Assembly (NCBI GenBank): GCA_023262945.1 | Contig: JALQXY010000123.1 | Location: 1-33,220 of the forward strand | Origin: Rickettsiales bacterium | Lineage (GTDB): Bacteria; Pseudomonadota; Alphaproteobacteria; Rickettsiales; UBA1997 | Length of the DNA: 33,220 bases | Direction of reading: 5' to 3' | In this document: in pieces, positions 16,447 through 26,856 of the stretch | Position numbering within the stretch: position 1 is the stretch's first letter | Layout of the letters: the number at the start of each line of letters is the position of its first letter | Notes under the pieces: generated by a model | What the model was told of the DNA's origin: nothing | Seen by the model: the letters and a program-made list of their open reading frames with translations, nothing else | The model's database searches: none | Made by a program: the position numbers and the translations under genes

Positions 16447-17673
16447 ATGACTCAAATTACAGATTTGCTGGCAAATCAAATTAACAATAAACAAGGGTCA
16501 TTGATTGCTTTTTTTGAGCAAGAGTTCAATAAAACTCCGGCCCCATTATACAACTCAGTTGATATTAGAAATAGTGGTTTTAAAATTTCTGCAGTCGACA
16601 CTAACTGCTTTCCTGCCGGATTTAATAATTTATCATCATCTTCAATTAAAAAAGCGCAGAAGCAAGTTGCTATTTTTTTTGCAAAAAATTTTCCCGAAGC
16701 TAAAAATATTCTTATAATTCCCGAAAGTCATAGTCGCAATCTTAATTATCTACAAAATGTTTACAATTTGCAGATAATTTTGTCAAAAGTGGCCACGGTA
16801 AAAATTGGCACTTTGATTGAAGAAGTAAAGCAGCCTACTAGGTTAAAAACTTTCAAAAATGACGAAATAGAAATTCACCCAATAATCAATGAAGATGGTC
16901 GAGTATTTATTCATAACTTTGTCCCCGATGTTTTAATATTGAATAATGACTTGTCGGAAGGCTTGCCAAATGTTTTAAAAAAATGCAAAACCCCAATAAT
17001 TCCAAATCCAAATATTGGTTGGTATAATCGAAGCAAATTTAATCATTTTAAAGAATATAATAAAATTGCCAATCAAGTAGCTGAAATATTGGAGATAGAC
17101 CCATGGCTTATTTCAACTATTTTTGATGTTTGCGGTAATATAAATTTTAAAGAATCTATAGGCATTGATAACTTGGCGCAAAAAGTTGATGAATTGCTGC
17201 TAAATGTACAACAAAAATATCAACAACTAAATATAGACAAAGACCCTTATTGCTTTGTTAAGGCCGATAGTGGAACTTACGGCATGGCGGTTTGGCAAGT
17301 TAGATCCGCAGCTGATATTTTGGCTATTAACAAAAAAGATCGAAACAAGATGAATGTTACAAAGGGTTCCGTTATTAACACGAAAGTGATGATCCAAGAA
17401 GGCATACCTACGTTGCATAAAATTGATAAAATGGCTGCCGAATCTCTTATTTATATGATAAGTGGCGAGGTAGTTGGAAATTTATATCGAGTTAATAGTA
17501 ATCGTGACGAGATTAGTAGCTTAAATTCTGCAGGAGCTATTTTTTATGACGGTTTAGATGTTGATTCTTCAAGAATAACTCCTAAACAAGAAAAAGATAA
17601 CTTGTTAATTGCCAATAATCTTGTTTCTAAAATCGCATCCTTGGCAAGTGCTAGAGAAATTAAATTAACTTAA
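16447..17673 (+). CDS. gshA: Putative glutamate-cysteine ligase (small bacterial GshA-type family)
   Basis: 408 aa. The N-terminal block LYNSVDIRNSGFKISAVDTNCFPAGFNNL and the later block FVKADSGTYGMAV resemble, from memory, the compact bacterial GshA family. This was not verified by search. Confidence 0.4.
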   Translation: MTQITDLLANQINNKQGSLIAFFEQEFNKTPAPLYNSVDIRNSGFKISAVDTNCFPAGFNNLSSSSIKKAQKQVAIFFAKNFPEAKNILIIPESHSRNLNYLQNVYNLQIILSKVATVKIGTLIEEVKQPTRLKTFKNDEIEIHPIINEDGRVFIHNFVPDVLILNNDLSEGLPNVLKKCKTPIIPNPNIGWYNRSKFNHFKEYNKIANQVAEILEIDPWLISTIFDVCGNINFKESIGIDNLAQKVDELLLNVQQKYQQLNIDKDPYCFVKADSGTYGMAVWQVRSAADILAINKKDRNKMNVTKGSVINTKVMIQEGIPTLHKIDKMAAESLIYMISGEVVGNLYRVNSNRDEISSLNSAGAIFYDGLDVDSSRITPKQEKDNLLIANNLVSKIASLASAREIKLT

Positions 17674-17675
17674 AA

Positions 17676-18428
17676 ATGAAATCCAATAGGCCGGTTATAG
17701 GTATTGTTCCAGATTATAAAGAAGGCTCCAAAGATTCTTATTCGGTAAGAGATTTTTATGCACTAAGGATTAACTATGTTGAAGCGATTAATCACAATGG
17801 AGGTGCGGCAATTATTTTACCTTATGATTATGGCTTAATTGACGATTATCTTAATTCTATTGACGGGATATTGATTGTTGGCGGCTTTTTTGATATTAAT
17901 CCCAGAAGATATGGCGAAGAAACTCATCCCAAGACCAATCTCAACGAAGTGCGTGAAAATTTTGAATACAATATTGGGCAAAAGGCTTTAAAAAAGAATT
18001 TACCGTTTTTTGGTATATGCAATGGTATGCATTTGATAAATATACTACGCAATGGTAGCTCTATTCAGCATATACCAGATCATAAGCAATATATAGATCA
18101 TGAGCAAAAAAATATTCCAGGTTATGACGATTATTCCAAGCCATATCATGAGGTGCTTATAGAAAATGACTCGCAATTATCAAAAATAATAAAAGAAAGC
18201 AAGATTAAAACCAACTCTTCTCATCATCAAGCCGCTAAAAAAATAGGAAATAACTTGCAAATCGCTGCTAAAGCTTTTGATGGAATAATTGAGGCTATAG
18301 AAGATCCCAATCATCCTTTTTTACTTGGTATTCAATGGCATCCCGAATTTGACTCAGCACCAGCTGACAGTAGAATATTTCAATCTTTTATTGCGGCCGC
18401 TAAAATTTATAAACAAAATAATCGTTAA
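17676..18428 (+). CDS. Class-I glutamine amidotransferase-like gamma-glutamyl hydrolase (peptidase C26, PuuD-like)
   Basis: 250 aa with the nucleophile motif FFGICNGMHLIN and the His-containing block GIQWHPE, both typical of C26/PuuD-type enzymes. Confidence 0.7.
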   Translation: MKSNRPVIGIVPDYKEGSKDSYSVRDFYALRINYVEAINHNGGAAIILPYDYGLIDDYLNSIDGILIVGGFFDINPRRYGEETHPKTNLNEVRENFEYNIGQKALKKNLPFFGICNGMHLINILRNGSSIQHIPDHKQYIDHEQKNIPGYDDYSKPYHEVLIENDSQLSKIIKESKIKTNSSHHQAAKKIGNNLQIAAKAFDGIIEAIEDPNHPFLLGIQWHPEFDSAPADSRIFQSFIAAAKIYKQNNR

Positions 18429-18437
18429 CTTTTGACA

Positions 18438-19166
18438 ATGTCTCAAATAAAATCTACAAGAGTAGCTAAGGTTATTGCTGACGCAGGATATTGTTCAAGA
18501 AGGCAGGCAGAATTGCTAATTGCCGAGGGTCGCGTGCAGGTTAATGGCAAAATAATAAATACTCCAGCAACCTTGATTAGCGACCAATCAATCAAAATTG
18601 ACAATAAGCTAATCAACCCCAAACAAGAGGTGGCTATGTGGATTTTTAACAAGCCCGCTGGCTATCTAACAACTAATAGCGATCCTAAAAATCGTAAAAC
18701 CATCTTTGATATATTGCCTTTAGACTTGCCAAGGGTTATAAGTGTTGGCCGTCTTGATTATAATAGCGAAGGATTATTATTGCTTACTACTAGCGGAGAT
18801 TTGGCGCGTCATATTGAGTTGCCAAAAACTGGCTGGATAAGAAAATATCGCGTACGCGTTCACGGAAAAATAAATCAAGCAAGGTTACAGAATTTAGTCA
18901 ATGGTATCACTGTTGATGGAGTTAGGTATAAATTTAGCGAGGTTTTTATAGAGCCAAATTCTGGCGCTAATACGTGGCTTAGAATTTCTTTGAAAGAAGG
19001 TAAAAATCGTGAAATAAGAAAAGTTATGGAAAGTTTAGGATTGCAAGTGAATAGATTGATAAGAGTTTCGTACGGATCTTTTAATTTAGGAAATTTAAAG
19101 CGTGGACAAATATTGCCAATTTCTAAAAAACAGTTGAAAAATTTTATACCAAAAGATTTGCTATAA
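18438..19166 (+). CDS. RsuA/RluB-family ribosomal pseudouridine synthase
   Basis: An S4 RNA-binding domain (RVAKVIADAGYCSRRQAELLIAEGRVQVNG) is followed by the catalytic motif GRLDYNSEGLLLLT. The start is placed at ATG 18438; the ORF track begins at an upstream TTG, 18432. Confidence 0.85.
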   Translation: MSQIKSTRVAKVIADAGYCSRRQAELLIAEGRVQVNGKIINTPATLISDQSIKIDNKLINPKQEVAMWIFNKPAGYLTTNSDPKNRKTIFDILPLDLPRVISVGRLDYNSEGLLLLTTSGDLARHIELPKTGWIRKYRVRVHGKINQARLQNLVNGITVDGVRYKFSEVFIEPNSGANTWLRISLKEGKNREIRKVMESLGLQVNRLIRVSYGSFNLGNLKRGQILPISKKQLKNFIPKDLL

Positions 19167-19220
19167 ATATATGATTTTTAGATCAGTTTTTAGGTGAAAT
19201 TAATTATTAAAATAAATCTC

Positions 19221-21803
19221 GTGACTGTAAAAAAGAATACTACAAATTATAATCATAAATTATCAGAGATCAAGTGGCAGAAAGCTTGGATAGAAAAAGA
19301 TGTATTTAAATTCAACAAAATATCAAATAAGGAAAAATATTATGTTCTTGAAATGTTTCCTTATCCTTCGGGAAGGATACATGTAGGGCATTTGCGTAAT
19401 TATGCAATTGGCGATGCTATTGCCCGCTTCAAAAGAATGCAAGGTTATAATGTGTTACATCCTATGGGGTTTGATTCTTTTGGCTTGCCTGCTGAAAATG
19501 CTGCTCTTGAGCACAAAATTCACCCTAAAGATTGGACTTTAAAAAATATTGAAATCATGCGAGGCAGTCTAAAATCAATGGGGTTGTCAATTGATTGGTC
19601 TCGTGAAATTGCAACATGCTTGCCAAGTTATTTTAAGCATGAGCAAAAAATGTTTATTGATTTTGTCAAAAATAACTTGGCTTATCAAAAAGAGTCAGAA
19701 GTTAACTGGGATCCAGTTGATAAAACTGTTTTAGCCAATGAGCAAGTGATAGATGGTAAAGGATGGAGAAGCGGCGCCTTGGTAGAAAAAAAGAAGCTTA
19801 AGCAGTGGTTTTTACGCGTTTCACAATTTAGTGACGAATTATTGTCTGAATTAAAGAATCTTAAAGGATGGGATAGCCGTATCTTATCGATGCAAGAAAA
19901 ATGGATTGGTAAAAGTGAAGGGTTAGAGATTGAGTTTGATATTGTTGATAAATCAGAAAAGATAAAAATATACACCACTAGAGCCGATACAATTTTTGGC
20001 GCCTCTTTTTTGGCGATCGCTCCAGATCATCCTATGTCCATAGAAATTGCCAAAAATAATAAAGACGCTCAAAAATTCATTGATCAATGCAAAAAATCAT
20101 CTGTTGACACTCAGACAATGGAGACACAAGAAAAAAAAGGATTCAAAACTAATCTTAAAGCTAAAAATCCTTTAAGCGGCGATTATATAGATATTTATAT
20201 AGCTAATTTTGTCTTAATGGATTATGGTTGCGGAGCTATTTTTGGCTGCCCTGCTCACGATGAAAGGGATTTTGATTTTGCTAAAAAATATAATTTGCCA
20301 ATAACTCAGGTCGTTGAAACCAAAGAAAAAGCTCCCTTACCTTTTAACCAAGATGGAAGATTAATAAATTCTCAAATGTTAGACGGGTTAACATCTTTTG
20401 AAGCCAAAGAAAAGGTTTTTGATATTTTGTCAAAAGAAAATAGGGCAACAAAGAAAACAAATTATAAATTGCGTGACTGGGGAATTTCTAGGCAAAGATA
20501 TTGGGGTGCGCCAATTCCTATACTTTACTTGGAAGATGGTCGTGTTGTAACGGTTCCAGACGAGCAACTGCCCGTTGAATTGCCGGAAGATCCAATATTT
20601 GATGGCAATGGCAATCCTTTAGCCAATCACAAAACATGGAAATATACAAATTATATTGATAAAGATGGTAAGGAGTTAAGAGCGATACGCGAAACTGATA
20701 GTTTTGATACTTTTTTTGAAAGCTCTTGGTACTTCTTGCGATTCATTAATCCTGCAAATGACGATATTGCTTTTGATAAGAAATTGGTCAATGAATTAAT
20801 GCCGGTTGATCAATATATTGGAGGTATTGAGCATGCTGTTTTGCACTTACTTTATGCTAGATTCTTTACTAAGGCTCTAAAAAAATGTGGATATTTAGAT
20901 TTTGACGAGCCTTTTAAAAATGTTTTAACTCAAGGCATGGTTTGCCATCAAACTTTTAAGGACAAAAATGGCAAATGGCTTTATCCAGGTGATATTGATA
21001 AAAAGGATGGTAAATTCTATAACATCAACAGTCAAGAAGAGGTCATTGCTGGGCGCAGCGAAAAAATGAGCAAATCAAAGAAAAATATCATCGAACCATC
21101 TCATATAATAGATGCTTATGGCGCGGACACGGCGCGATTATTTGTGCTTTCTGACTCTCCGCCAGAAAGAGATATAGAATGGCTTGATAGTGGCGTTAAT
21201 GGTTGTTGGGTTTATATAAATCGGCTTTGGAGATTATTTTCCAATTTCTTGCTTGATTTGGATGTTAAAAATTTATCTTCTGATATAGAATTTAATAATA
21301 TTAAAGATTCTAAGGCTCAGGAAATTATTAAGTTAACTCATAAAACAATAGCAAAAACTCAAGAAGATTACAATAATAAGTTGTTTAATGTTGTAATTGC
21401 TAAAATTCGAGAATTTTCTAACGCTCTGGAAAAGATTTCTGTGCAAAATAATGAGCAGTCACAAGCAATGTTTTTTGCTTTGAAGTCTTTATCTATAATA
21501 ATTGCCCCAATAATGCCTCATTTGGCTGAAGAGTTATGGCAAAAATTAGGATTTAAAGATTTGGTTGTTAATCAATTATATCCAAAATATGACTCTAATC
21601 TTATTATTGACGATGAAATTGGTATAGCTTTACAAGTTTGTGGCAAATTGCGTGCTGTAATTAAAGCTAAAAAAGATACGCCAAAATCTGATATAGAGAA
21701 AATGGCTCTTGCCAATGAAAATGTTCAAAAATTTATCAATGACAAAGAAATTAAAAAGATAATAATTGTGCCTAATAAATTGGTGAATATTGTTGCAATT
21801 TAA
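19221..21803 (+). CDS. leuS: Leucine-tRNA ligase
   Basis: HIGH-region motif PYPSGRIHVGHLRNY, KMSKS motif, the CP1 editing domain and the LeuS-specific domain are all present. There is no in-frame ATG upstream of the catalytic core. GTG 19221 gives MTVKKNTTNYNHKLSEIKWQ, a typical LeuS N-terminus. The ORF-track alternative is GTG 19194. Confidence 0.9.
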   Translation: MTVKKNTTNYNHKLSEIKWQKAWIEKDVFKFNKISNKEKYYVLEMFPYPSGRIHVGHLRNYAIGDAIARFKRMQGYNVLHPMGFDSFGLPAENAALEHKIHPKDWTLKNIEIMRGSLKSMGLSIDWSREIATCLPSYFKHEQKMFIDFVKNNLAYQKESEVNWDPVDKTVLANEQVIDGKGWRSGALVEKKKLKQWFLRVSQFSDELLSELKNLKGWDSRILSMQEKWIGKSEGLEIEFDIVDKSEKIKIYTTRADTIFGASFLAIAPDHPMSIEIAKNNKDAQKFIDQCKKSSVDTQTMETQEKKGFKTNLKAKNPLSGDYIDIYIANFVLMDYGCGAIFGCPAHDERDFDFAKKYNLPITQVVETKEKAPLPFNQDGRLINSQMLDGLTSFEAKEKVFDILSKENRATKKTNYKLRDWGISRQRYWGAPIPILYLEDGRVVTVPDEQLPVELPEDPIFDGNGNPLANHKTWKYTNYIDKDGKELRAIRETDSFDTFFESSWYFLRFINPANDDIAFDKKLVNELMPVDQYIGGIEHAVLHLLYARFFTKALKKCGYLDFDEPFKNVLTQGMVCHQTFKDKNGKWLYPGDIDKKDGKFYNINSQEEVIAGRSEKMSKSKKNIIEPSHIIDAYGADTARLFVLSDSPPERDIEWLDSGVNGCWVYINRLWRLFSNFLLDLDVKNLSSDIEFNNIKDSKAQEIIKLTHKTIAKTQEDYNNKLFNVVIAKIREFSNALEKISVQNNEQSQAMFFALKSLSIIIAPIMPHLAEELWQKLGFKDLVVNQLYPKYDSNLIIDDEIGIALQVCGKLRAVIKAKKDTPKSDIEKMALANENVQKFINDKEIKKIIIVPNKLVNIVAI

Positions 21804-21830
21804 CTAAATTTCTTCAATTGGAAAAAGATA

Positions 21831-23723
21831 ATGATATTAGATAATGTAAATTTTCCTAGCGACTTAAAGGGTCTCAATATGTCTCAATTGAAGCAATTGG
21901 CTGATGAATTGCGTTTAAAAACTGTAAATTCCGTAGCGCAAACAGGCGGTCATTTGGGTGCTGGATTGGGCGTTGTTGAATTAAGCTGCGCTTTGCATTA
22001 TGTTTTTAACGCGCCTTACGATAGATTAATCTGGGATGTTGGTCATCAAGCTTATCCGCATAAAATTCTTACTGGGCGCAAAAATCAAATAACTACAATT
22101 CGACAAGCTAATGGCCTATCTGGCTTTACCAAAAGATCAGAAAGCGAATATGATCCATTTGGTGCCGGACATAGTTCAACATCTATCTCTGCCGCACTGG
22201 GAATGGCGGTGGCAAAAAAAGGCAAAAAAGGTAGATATAACAATATTGCGGTAATAGGCGATGGTGCTATGTCGGCAGGTATGGCCTTTGAAGCTTTAAA
22301 TAATGCTGGAGCCTTAGACGATAAATTTTATAAAAATAATCGACTAATTGTTATTTTAAATGACAATGATATGTCTATAGCTCCTCCAACGGGGGCCTTT
22401 TCTAATTATTTATCTCGCTTAGCTTCTTCTAAATCTTATCTTAAGATTCGTGATTTTTCTAAAAAATTAATTCACAAATTGCCAAATGCAATTGGCAAAT
22501 ACCCGCGTAAATTTGAAAAAGCGGCCAAGGACTGGTGGATGGGAGGCAATATTTTTGAAGAGCTTGGATTTTATTATATCGGAGTGGTTGATGGTCATAA
22601 TTTAGATGTCTTAGTGCCAATTTTACAAAATATTCGAGATAATAAATCTCCAGATCCAATTTTAATCCATATAGCTACAGAGAAAGGTCGTGGCTATAAT
22701 GATATAATTAAAAGTTCAGATAAATTGCACGCCGTTGCTAAATTTGATCCCAAAACTGGAGAGCAATTTAAATCTAAATCAACGCGCCCTAGCTATTCTG
22801 AGGTTTTTGGTCGTAAATTAAGCATATTGGCTAAAAATGATAAGAAAATCCACGCCATTACAGCTGCAATGCCAAGTGGTACGGGTTTGGATATTTTTGC
22901 CAAAGAGTATCCTGATAGAATTTTTGATGTTGGTATAGCTGAGCAGCATGCTGTAACATTTGCCGCTGGAATGTCGTGCGAAAATATAAAGCCTTATGTA
23001 GCGATCTATTCAACATTTCTGCAAAGAGCTTATGATCAAATTGTTCATGATGTTGCTATACAAAAGCTACCGGTAAGATTTTGCATTGATCGCGCTGGTT
23101 TTGTTGGCGCTGATGGAGCAACGCATGCTGGGTCTTTTGATATCGCTTATCTTATAAATTTGCCAAATTTTATATTGATGGCGCCAAGCAATGGACAAGA
23201 ATTGGTTAAAATGCTTAATACTAGCAATCAAATTGACCAAAATCCTTGCGCCATAAGATATCCGCGTGGCGAATGCGAAAATAATATTAATTATGATGAC
23301 GAAGAAATATTAGAAATCGGCAAAGCTAAAATTATAAAAAAAGGATCCGAGGTAGCAATATTATCATATGGAGCTATTCTATCCAATGTTATTGCAGCCG
23401 TTGAGCAATTAAAGCAGAAAAATATTGCACCCACCGTTGTTGATATGAGATTCGCTAAGCCGTTTGATAAAAAGTTGGTAAATAACCTAGTCAAAGATCA
23501 TAAAGTTATGATAACAATAGAAGAAGGCGCTATCGGAGGCTTTGGTAGCATTCTTGTTAATTATCTTCATGATGAGGGATTGGTTGAAAAATACAATCTT
23601 AGATTGCGTTCTTTATTTATGACTGATAAATTTATCGATCATGATTCGCAGCAAAATATGCAAAAAAAATCTAATCTTGATGCAGATTCAATTGTTAATA
23701 TTATTGAAAAATTAACTAAATGA
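21831..23723 (+). CDS. dxs: 1-deoxy-D-xylulose-5-phosphate synthase
   Basis: 630 aa with GHQAYPHKILTGR, the thiamine-diphosphate motif GDGAMSAGMAFEALNNAG..LNDN and a transketolase-like C-terminal domain. Confidence 0.92.
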   Translation: MILDNVNFPSDLKGLNMSQLKQLADELRLKTVNSVAQTGGHLGAGLGVVELSCALHYVFNAPYDRLIWDVGHQAYPHKILTGRKNQITTIRQANGLSGFTKRSESEYDPFGAGHSSTSISAALGMAVAKKGKKGRYNNIAVIGDGAMSAGMAFEALNNAGALDDKFYKNNRLIVILNDNDMSIAPPTGAFSNYLSRLASSKSYLKIRDFSKKLIHKLPNAIGKYPRKFEKAAKDWWMGGNIFEELGFYYIGVVDGHNLDVLVPILQNIRDNKSPDPILIHIATEKGRGYNDIIKSSDKLHAVAKFDPKTGEQFKSKSTRPSYSEVFGRKLSILAKNDKKIHAITAAMPSGTGLDIFAKEYPDRIFDVGIAEQHAVTFAAGMSCENIKPYVAIYSTFLQRAYDQIVHDVAIQKLPVRFCIDRAGFVGADGATHAGSFDIAYLINLPNFILMAPSNGQELVKMLNTSNQIDQNPCAIRYPRGECENNINYDDEEILEIGKAKIIKKGSEVAILSYGAILSNVIAAVEQLKQKNIAPTVVDMRFAKPFDKKLVNNLVKDHKVMITIEEGAIGGFGSILVNYLHDEGLVEKYNLRLRSLFMTDKFIDHDSQQNMQKKSNLDADSIVNIIEKLTK

Positions 23724-23799
23724 TTTGCAGGAGTCTTTTAAAGTTAAAAATCCAATTAAAGATTAGATTTGGTATTATTAATAATTATTTTTTCATAAA

Positions 23800-24813
23800 A
23801 TGAGTAGAAAAATAGCGGTGGTTGGTGCCACTGGAAATGTTGGTCGTGAAATATTAAATATTTTAGCAGAAAGAAAATTCCCAGCTTCAGAGGTTGTTGC
23901 TTTGGCATCGCAAAGCTCTGCGGGTAAAAAAGTTTCTTATGGCGACAATGAGCTAACGGTGCAAGTTTTAGATCATTACGATTTTAATGGTACCAAGATA
24001 GCTTTATTTTCTCCTGGTGGCAAGGTTTCAGCTCAGCATGCGCCTAGAGCTGCCAAAGCTGGTTGTGTTGTTATCGATAATACTTCACATTTTCGCATGC
24101 ATGATAATGTTCCTTTGATAGTTCCAGAGGTCAATCCGAAGGCTTTAAAAGATTATAATAAGTCAAATATAATTGCTAATCCTAATTGCTCAACAATTCA
24201 AATGGTTGTAGCATTGAAGCCGTTGCACGATATTGCTAAAATTAAGAGAGTAGTTGTTTCTACTTATCAAGCAGTTTCTGGTGGAGGAAAAGAAGCAATG
24301 GATGAGCTTTACAATTCGACCAAAAAAATCTATCATAATGAAATTGTGGAGCCAAAAAAATTTAGCAAACGCATAGCGTTTAATGTTATTCCGCAGATAG
24401 ATGTTTTTATGGATGATGGATACACCAAAGAAGAATGGAAAATGAAAGTGGAGACAAAAAAAATACTTGATCCAGATATAGCTATTGAAGTTACTTGCGT
24501 TAGAGTGCCGGTTTTTAATTGTCATAGCGAGGCCGTTAATATAGAATTTGAAAATGAAATTTCAGTAGAAGAGGCGCGAGAAGCTCTGGAAGAGTCTGAT
24601 GGAGTTTTAGTAATTGATCGTCCCGAGGAGATGAAATTTGCTACTCCAGTCGAATGTTCGACTCAAGATCCAACTTTTGTATCAAGAATTCGCAAAGATA
24701 ATTCTATAAAAAACGGCCTTTCTATGTGGATAGTGGCTGATAATTTAAGAAAAGGTGCGGCATTAAATGCGGTACAAATCGCCGAATTATTGGTAAAAGA
24801 TTACGGTTTGTAA
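23800..24813 (+). CDS. asd: Aspartate-semialdehyde dehydrogenase
   Basis: 337 aa with the N-terminal motif VGATGNVGRE, the active-site block IIANPNCSTIQMV, and the blocks YQAVSGGG and RVPVFNCHSE. Confidence 0.92.
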   Translation: MSRKIAVVGATGNVGREILNILAERKFPASEVVALASQSSAGKKVSYGDNELTVQVLDHYDFNGTKIALFSPGGKVSAQHAPRAAKAGCVVIDNTSHFRMHDNVPLIVPEVNPKALKDYNKSNIIANPNCSTIQMVVALKPLHDIAKIKRVVVSTYQAVSGGGKEAMDELYNSTKKIYHNEIVEPKKFSKRIAFNVIPQIDVFMDDGYTKEEWKMKVETKKILDPDIAIEVTCVRVPVFNCHSEAVNIEFENEISVEEAREALEESDGVLVIDRPEEMKFATPVECSTQDPTFVSRIRKDNSIKNGLSMWIVADNLRKGAALNAVQIAELLVKDYGL

Positions 24814-24815
24814 TC

Positions 24816-25901
24816 TTATAATCTTATAAAATTCTGCAATTCGGATATAACCATTTCATTTTCTTGATTATTGCCAATGGTAATACGAAGAGCGCTAATT
24901 AAGTCGTAAGATGACATTTCACGAACCATGATATTTTTGTTTTGTAGCTCTATATTTGCCTTATCACAATTGTTTTTATCAAAAAAATCAATCAAAACAA
25001 AATTTCCTACGGATTTATGAATCTTAAAATTGGTATTTTGCACCAAGGAATCAAAGTAAATTTTTAGCCATTTGCTGTTATGTTCAATTGATTTCTCCAA
25101 AAACTCATTATCTTGCAAAGCTGCTATAGCTGATATTTGGGCAGGGCCTGAGACATTAAAAGGTCCTCTAATTTTATTGAGAATATCGGCTACATATTTA
25201 CTTCCATAACACCACCCTACCCTCAAAGAAGCTAATCCATAGATTTTAGAAAAGGTGCGCGTGATTACAATGTTATCGTTCTTTGCTACCAATTTTAAAA
25301 TATCTTTAGGATAATCTTTATTGGTAACAAATTCATCATAAGCATGATCAAAAACAATGAGTATATTTTTGGGCGTAAGTTCGATTAGGCGATATATTTC
25401 ATCTTTTGTTAAATAAGATCCTGTTGGATTGTTTGGATTAGCAATAAATATTATTTTGGTTTTTTCTGTAATAGAGTTAATAATGGCATTGATATCGGTT
25501 TTTAGATCTTGTTCTGCAGCCCTAACAGCTTTTGCTCCAACTCTTTTAGCAGAAATTGGATACATTAAAAATCCATGATGAGAGTAAATAATTTCATCTT
25601 CTTTTTGACAAAAGCCTTGCGTTAATAGCGCTATTAATTCGTCAGAGCCAGCGCCACAAACTATTTGCTCTGCATTTAAATTATATTTATTGGCTATAGT
25701 TTCGCGTAATTTTGTACATGAGCCATCACTGTAGCGCCATATATCTTGAGCAATATTTTTATAGGCCTCTTGCACCTTAGGGCTGCATCCCAAAGCATTT
25801 TCGTTAGCTGAAAGCTTTATAGCGTCAGACAGTCCTATTTTAGATTTGCCTGGCTTATAGCTTATTATTTCTTCTAAGTAATTATTGGCTTTTATTGTCA
25901 T
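24816..25901 (-). CDS. hisC: Histidinol-phosphate aminotransferase (class II aminotransferase)
   Basis: 361 aa with KLSANENALGCSP, NPNNPTGSY and the PLP-lysine context TRTFSKIYGLASLRVGW. Its start overlaps the parB 3' end by 20 bp. Confidence 0.85.
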   Translation of the reverse strand: MTIKANNYLEEIISYKPGKSKIGLSDAIKLSANENALGCSPKVQEAYKNIAQDIWRYSDGSCTKLRETIANKYNLNAEQIVCGAGSDELIALLTQGFCQKEDEIIYSHHGFLMYPISAKRVGAKAVRAAEQDLKTDINAIINSITEKTKIIFIANPNNPTGSYLTKDEIYRLIELTPKNILIVFDHAYDEFVTNKDYPKDILKLVAKNDNIVITRTFSKIYGLASLRVGWCYGSKYVADILNKIRGPFNVSGPAQISAIAALQDNEFLEKSIEHNSKWLKIYFDSLVQNTNFKIHKSVGNFVLIDFFDKNNCDKANIELQNKNIMVREMSSYDLISALRITIGNNQENEMVISELQNFIRL

Positions 25902-26799
25902 TTTGTAAAATTTGGATTAGATTTTTTAGTAAAGCTAAATCTTTAAATTTTAAAGTAATTTGCCCGGTGTTCTTTGCATTATTATATTTTATTTTAGCAT
26001 CCATATTGCTTAGATTGTTTATGATTTTTGTCATATCCTCAATCTCGTTAATGGTTTCAGCACTATTTCTTTGAATGGGCTTTAATTTAATCTTGTTATT
26101 AGCTATATTTTCAACGTCTCGTACGGTTAAAGACTTTTCTAGAATTAGATGAGCAACTTCTTCAGCGTTGCTGCAATTAATTAATGCGCGAGCATGTCCC
26201 ATAGTAATCAAATTATCATCCACCAAGCTCTGTACTGATTCAGGTAAGCTTAATAGCCGCATCAGGTTAGCAACATGGCTTCGACTTTTGCCAACTTTTC
26301 TAGCTATATGTTCCTGATTATAAGAAAAATCAGTAGATAATCTTTTAAATCCCTTGGCCTCTTCAATAACAGAAAGTTCAGACCTTTGAATATTTTCGAT
26401 CAAGGCCATTTCCAAAGCTTGATGATTGTTGAGTTTTTTAATGATCGCAGGAATTGTTTTAAGGTTAGCTATTTTTGACGCTCTAAATCTTCTTTCGCCA
26501 GCAATAATCTCGTATTTACCCTCTTTTTCGTCAATTGGTCTTACGATAATTGGCTGAATAACGTCATTTTCTTTTATTGACTGCGCTAATTCTTCTAGAT
26601 CGTTTTCATTAAAATTGTATCTAGGCTGACAGCTTCCAGCTTTTATTTTGTCAATTTCTAGATCAACAACCTCGACTCGTAAATTGTTGTAAAGAATATT
26701 TCTAGAATTATGCTTTTCTGCACTTATTAGCGCAGAAATGCCTTGCCCTAATTTATTGTTAATGTTTTTATTAAATTTGTTTGATGGGGCTGCTTTCAT
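25882..26799 (-). CDS. parB: Chromosome partitioning protein ParB
   Basis: 305 aa with GQGISALI, the ParB box IIAGERRFRASK and the HTH segment QEHIARKVGKSRSHVANLMRLLSLP. Confidence 0.92.
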   Translation of the reverse strand: MKAAPSNKFNKNINNKLGQGISALISAEKHNSRNILYNNLRVEVVDLEIDKIKAGSCQPRYNFNENDLEELAQSIKENDVIQPIIVRPIDEKEGKYEIIAGERRFRASKIANLKTIPAIIKKLNNHQALEMALIENIQRSELSVIEEAKGFKRLSTDFSYNQEHIARKVGKSRSHVANLMRLLSLPESVQSLVDDNLITMGHARALINCSNAEEVAHLILEKSLTVRDVENIANNKIKLKPIQRNSAETINEIEDMTKIINNLSNMDAKIKYNNAKNTGQITLKFKDLALLKNLIQILQNDNKSQ

Positions 26800-26840
26800 A
26801 AATATTTAATTAGTTTGTGTTTATTTTATAAATTTTAAAA

Positions 26841-26856
26841 TGTTTCACGTGAAACA
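26841..26856. promoter_or_regulatory. parS: parS centromere site 1 (perfect palindrome TGTTTCACGTGAAACA)
   Basis: Exact match to the palindromic form of the conserved chromosomal parS consensus (TGTTNCACGTGAAACA). It lies 41 bp upstream of the parB start codon. Confidence 0.85.

Noticed and set aside
23748-23786. AAATCCAATTAAAGATTAGATTTGGTATTATTA downstream of dxs, with ends resembling the type-1 and type-2 terminal repeats and a weak inverted repeat
   Set aside because: The matches are under 12 nt, and the stem is AT-only and imperfect. I did not call it as a solo repeat or as a terminator.
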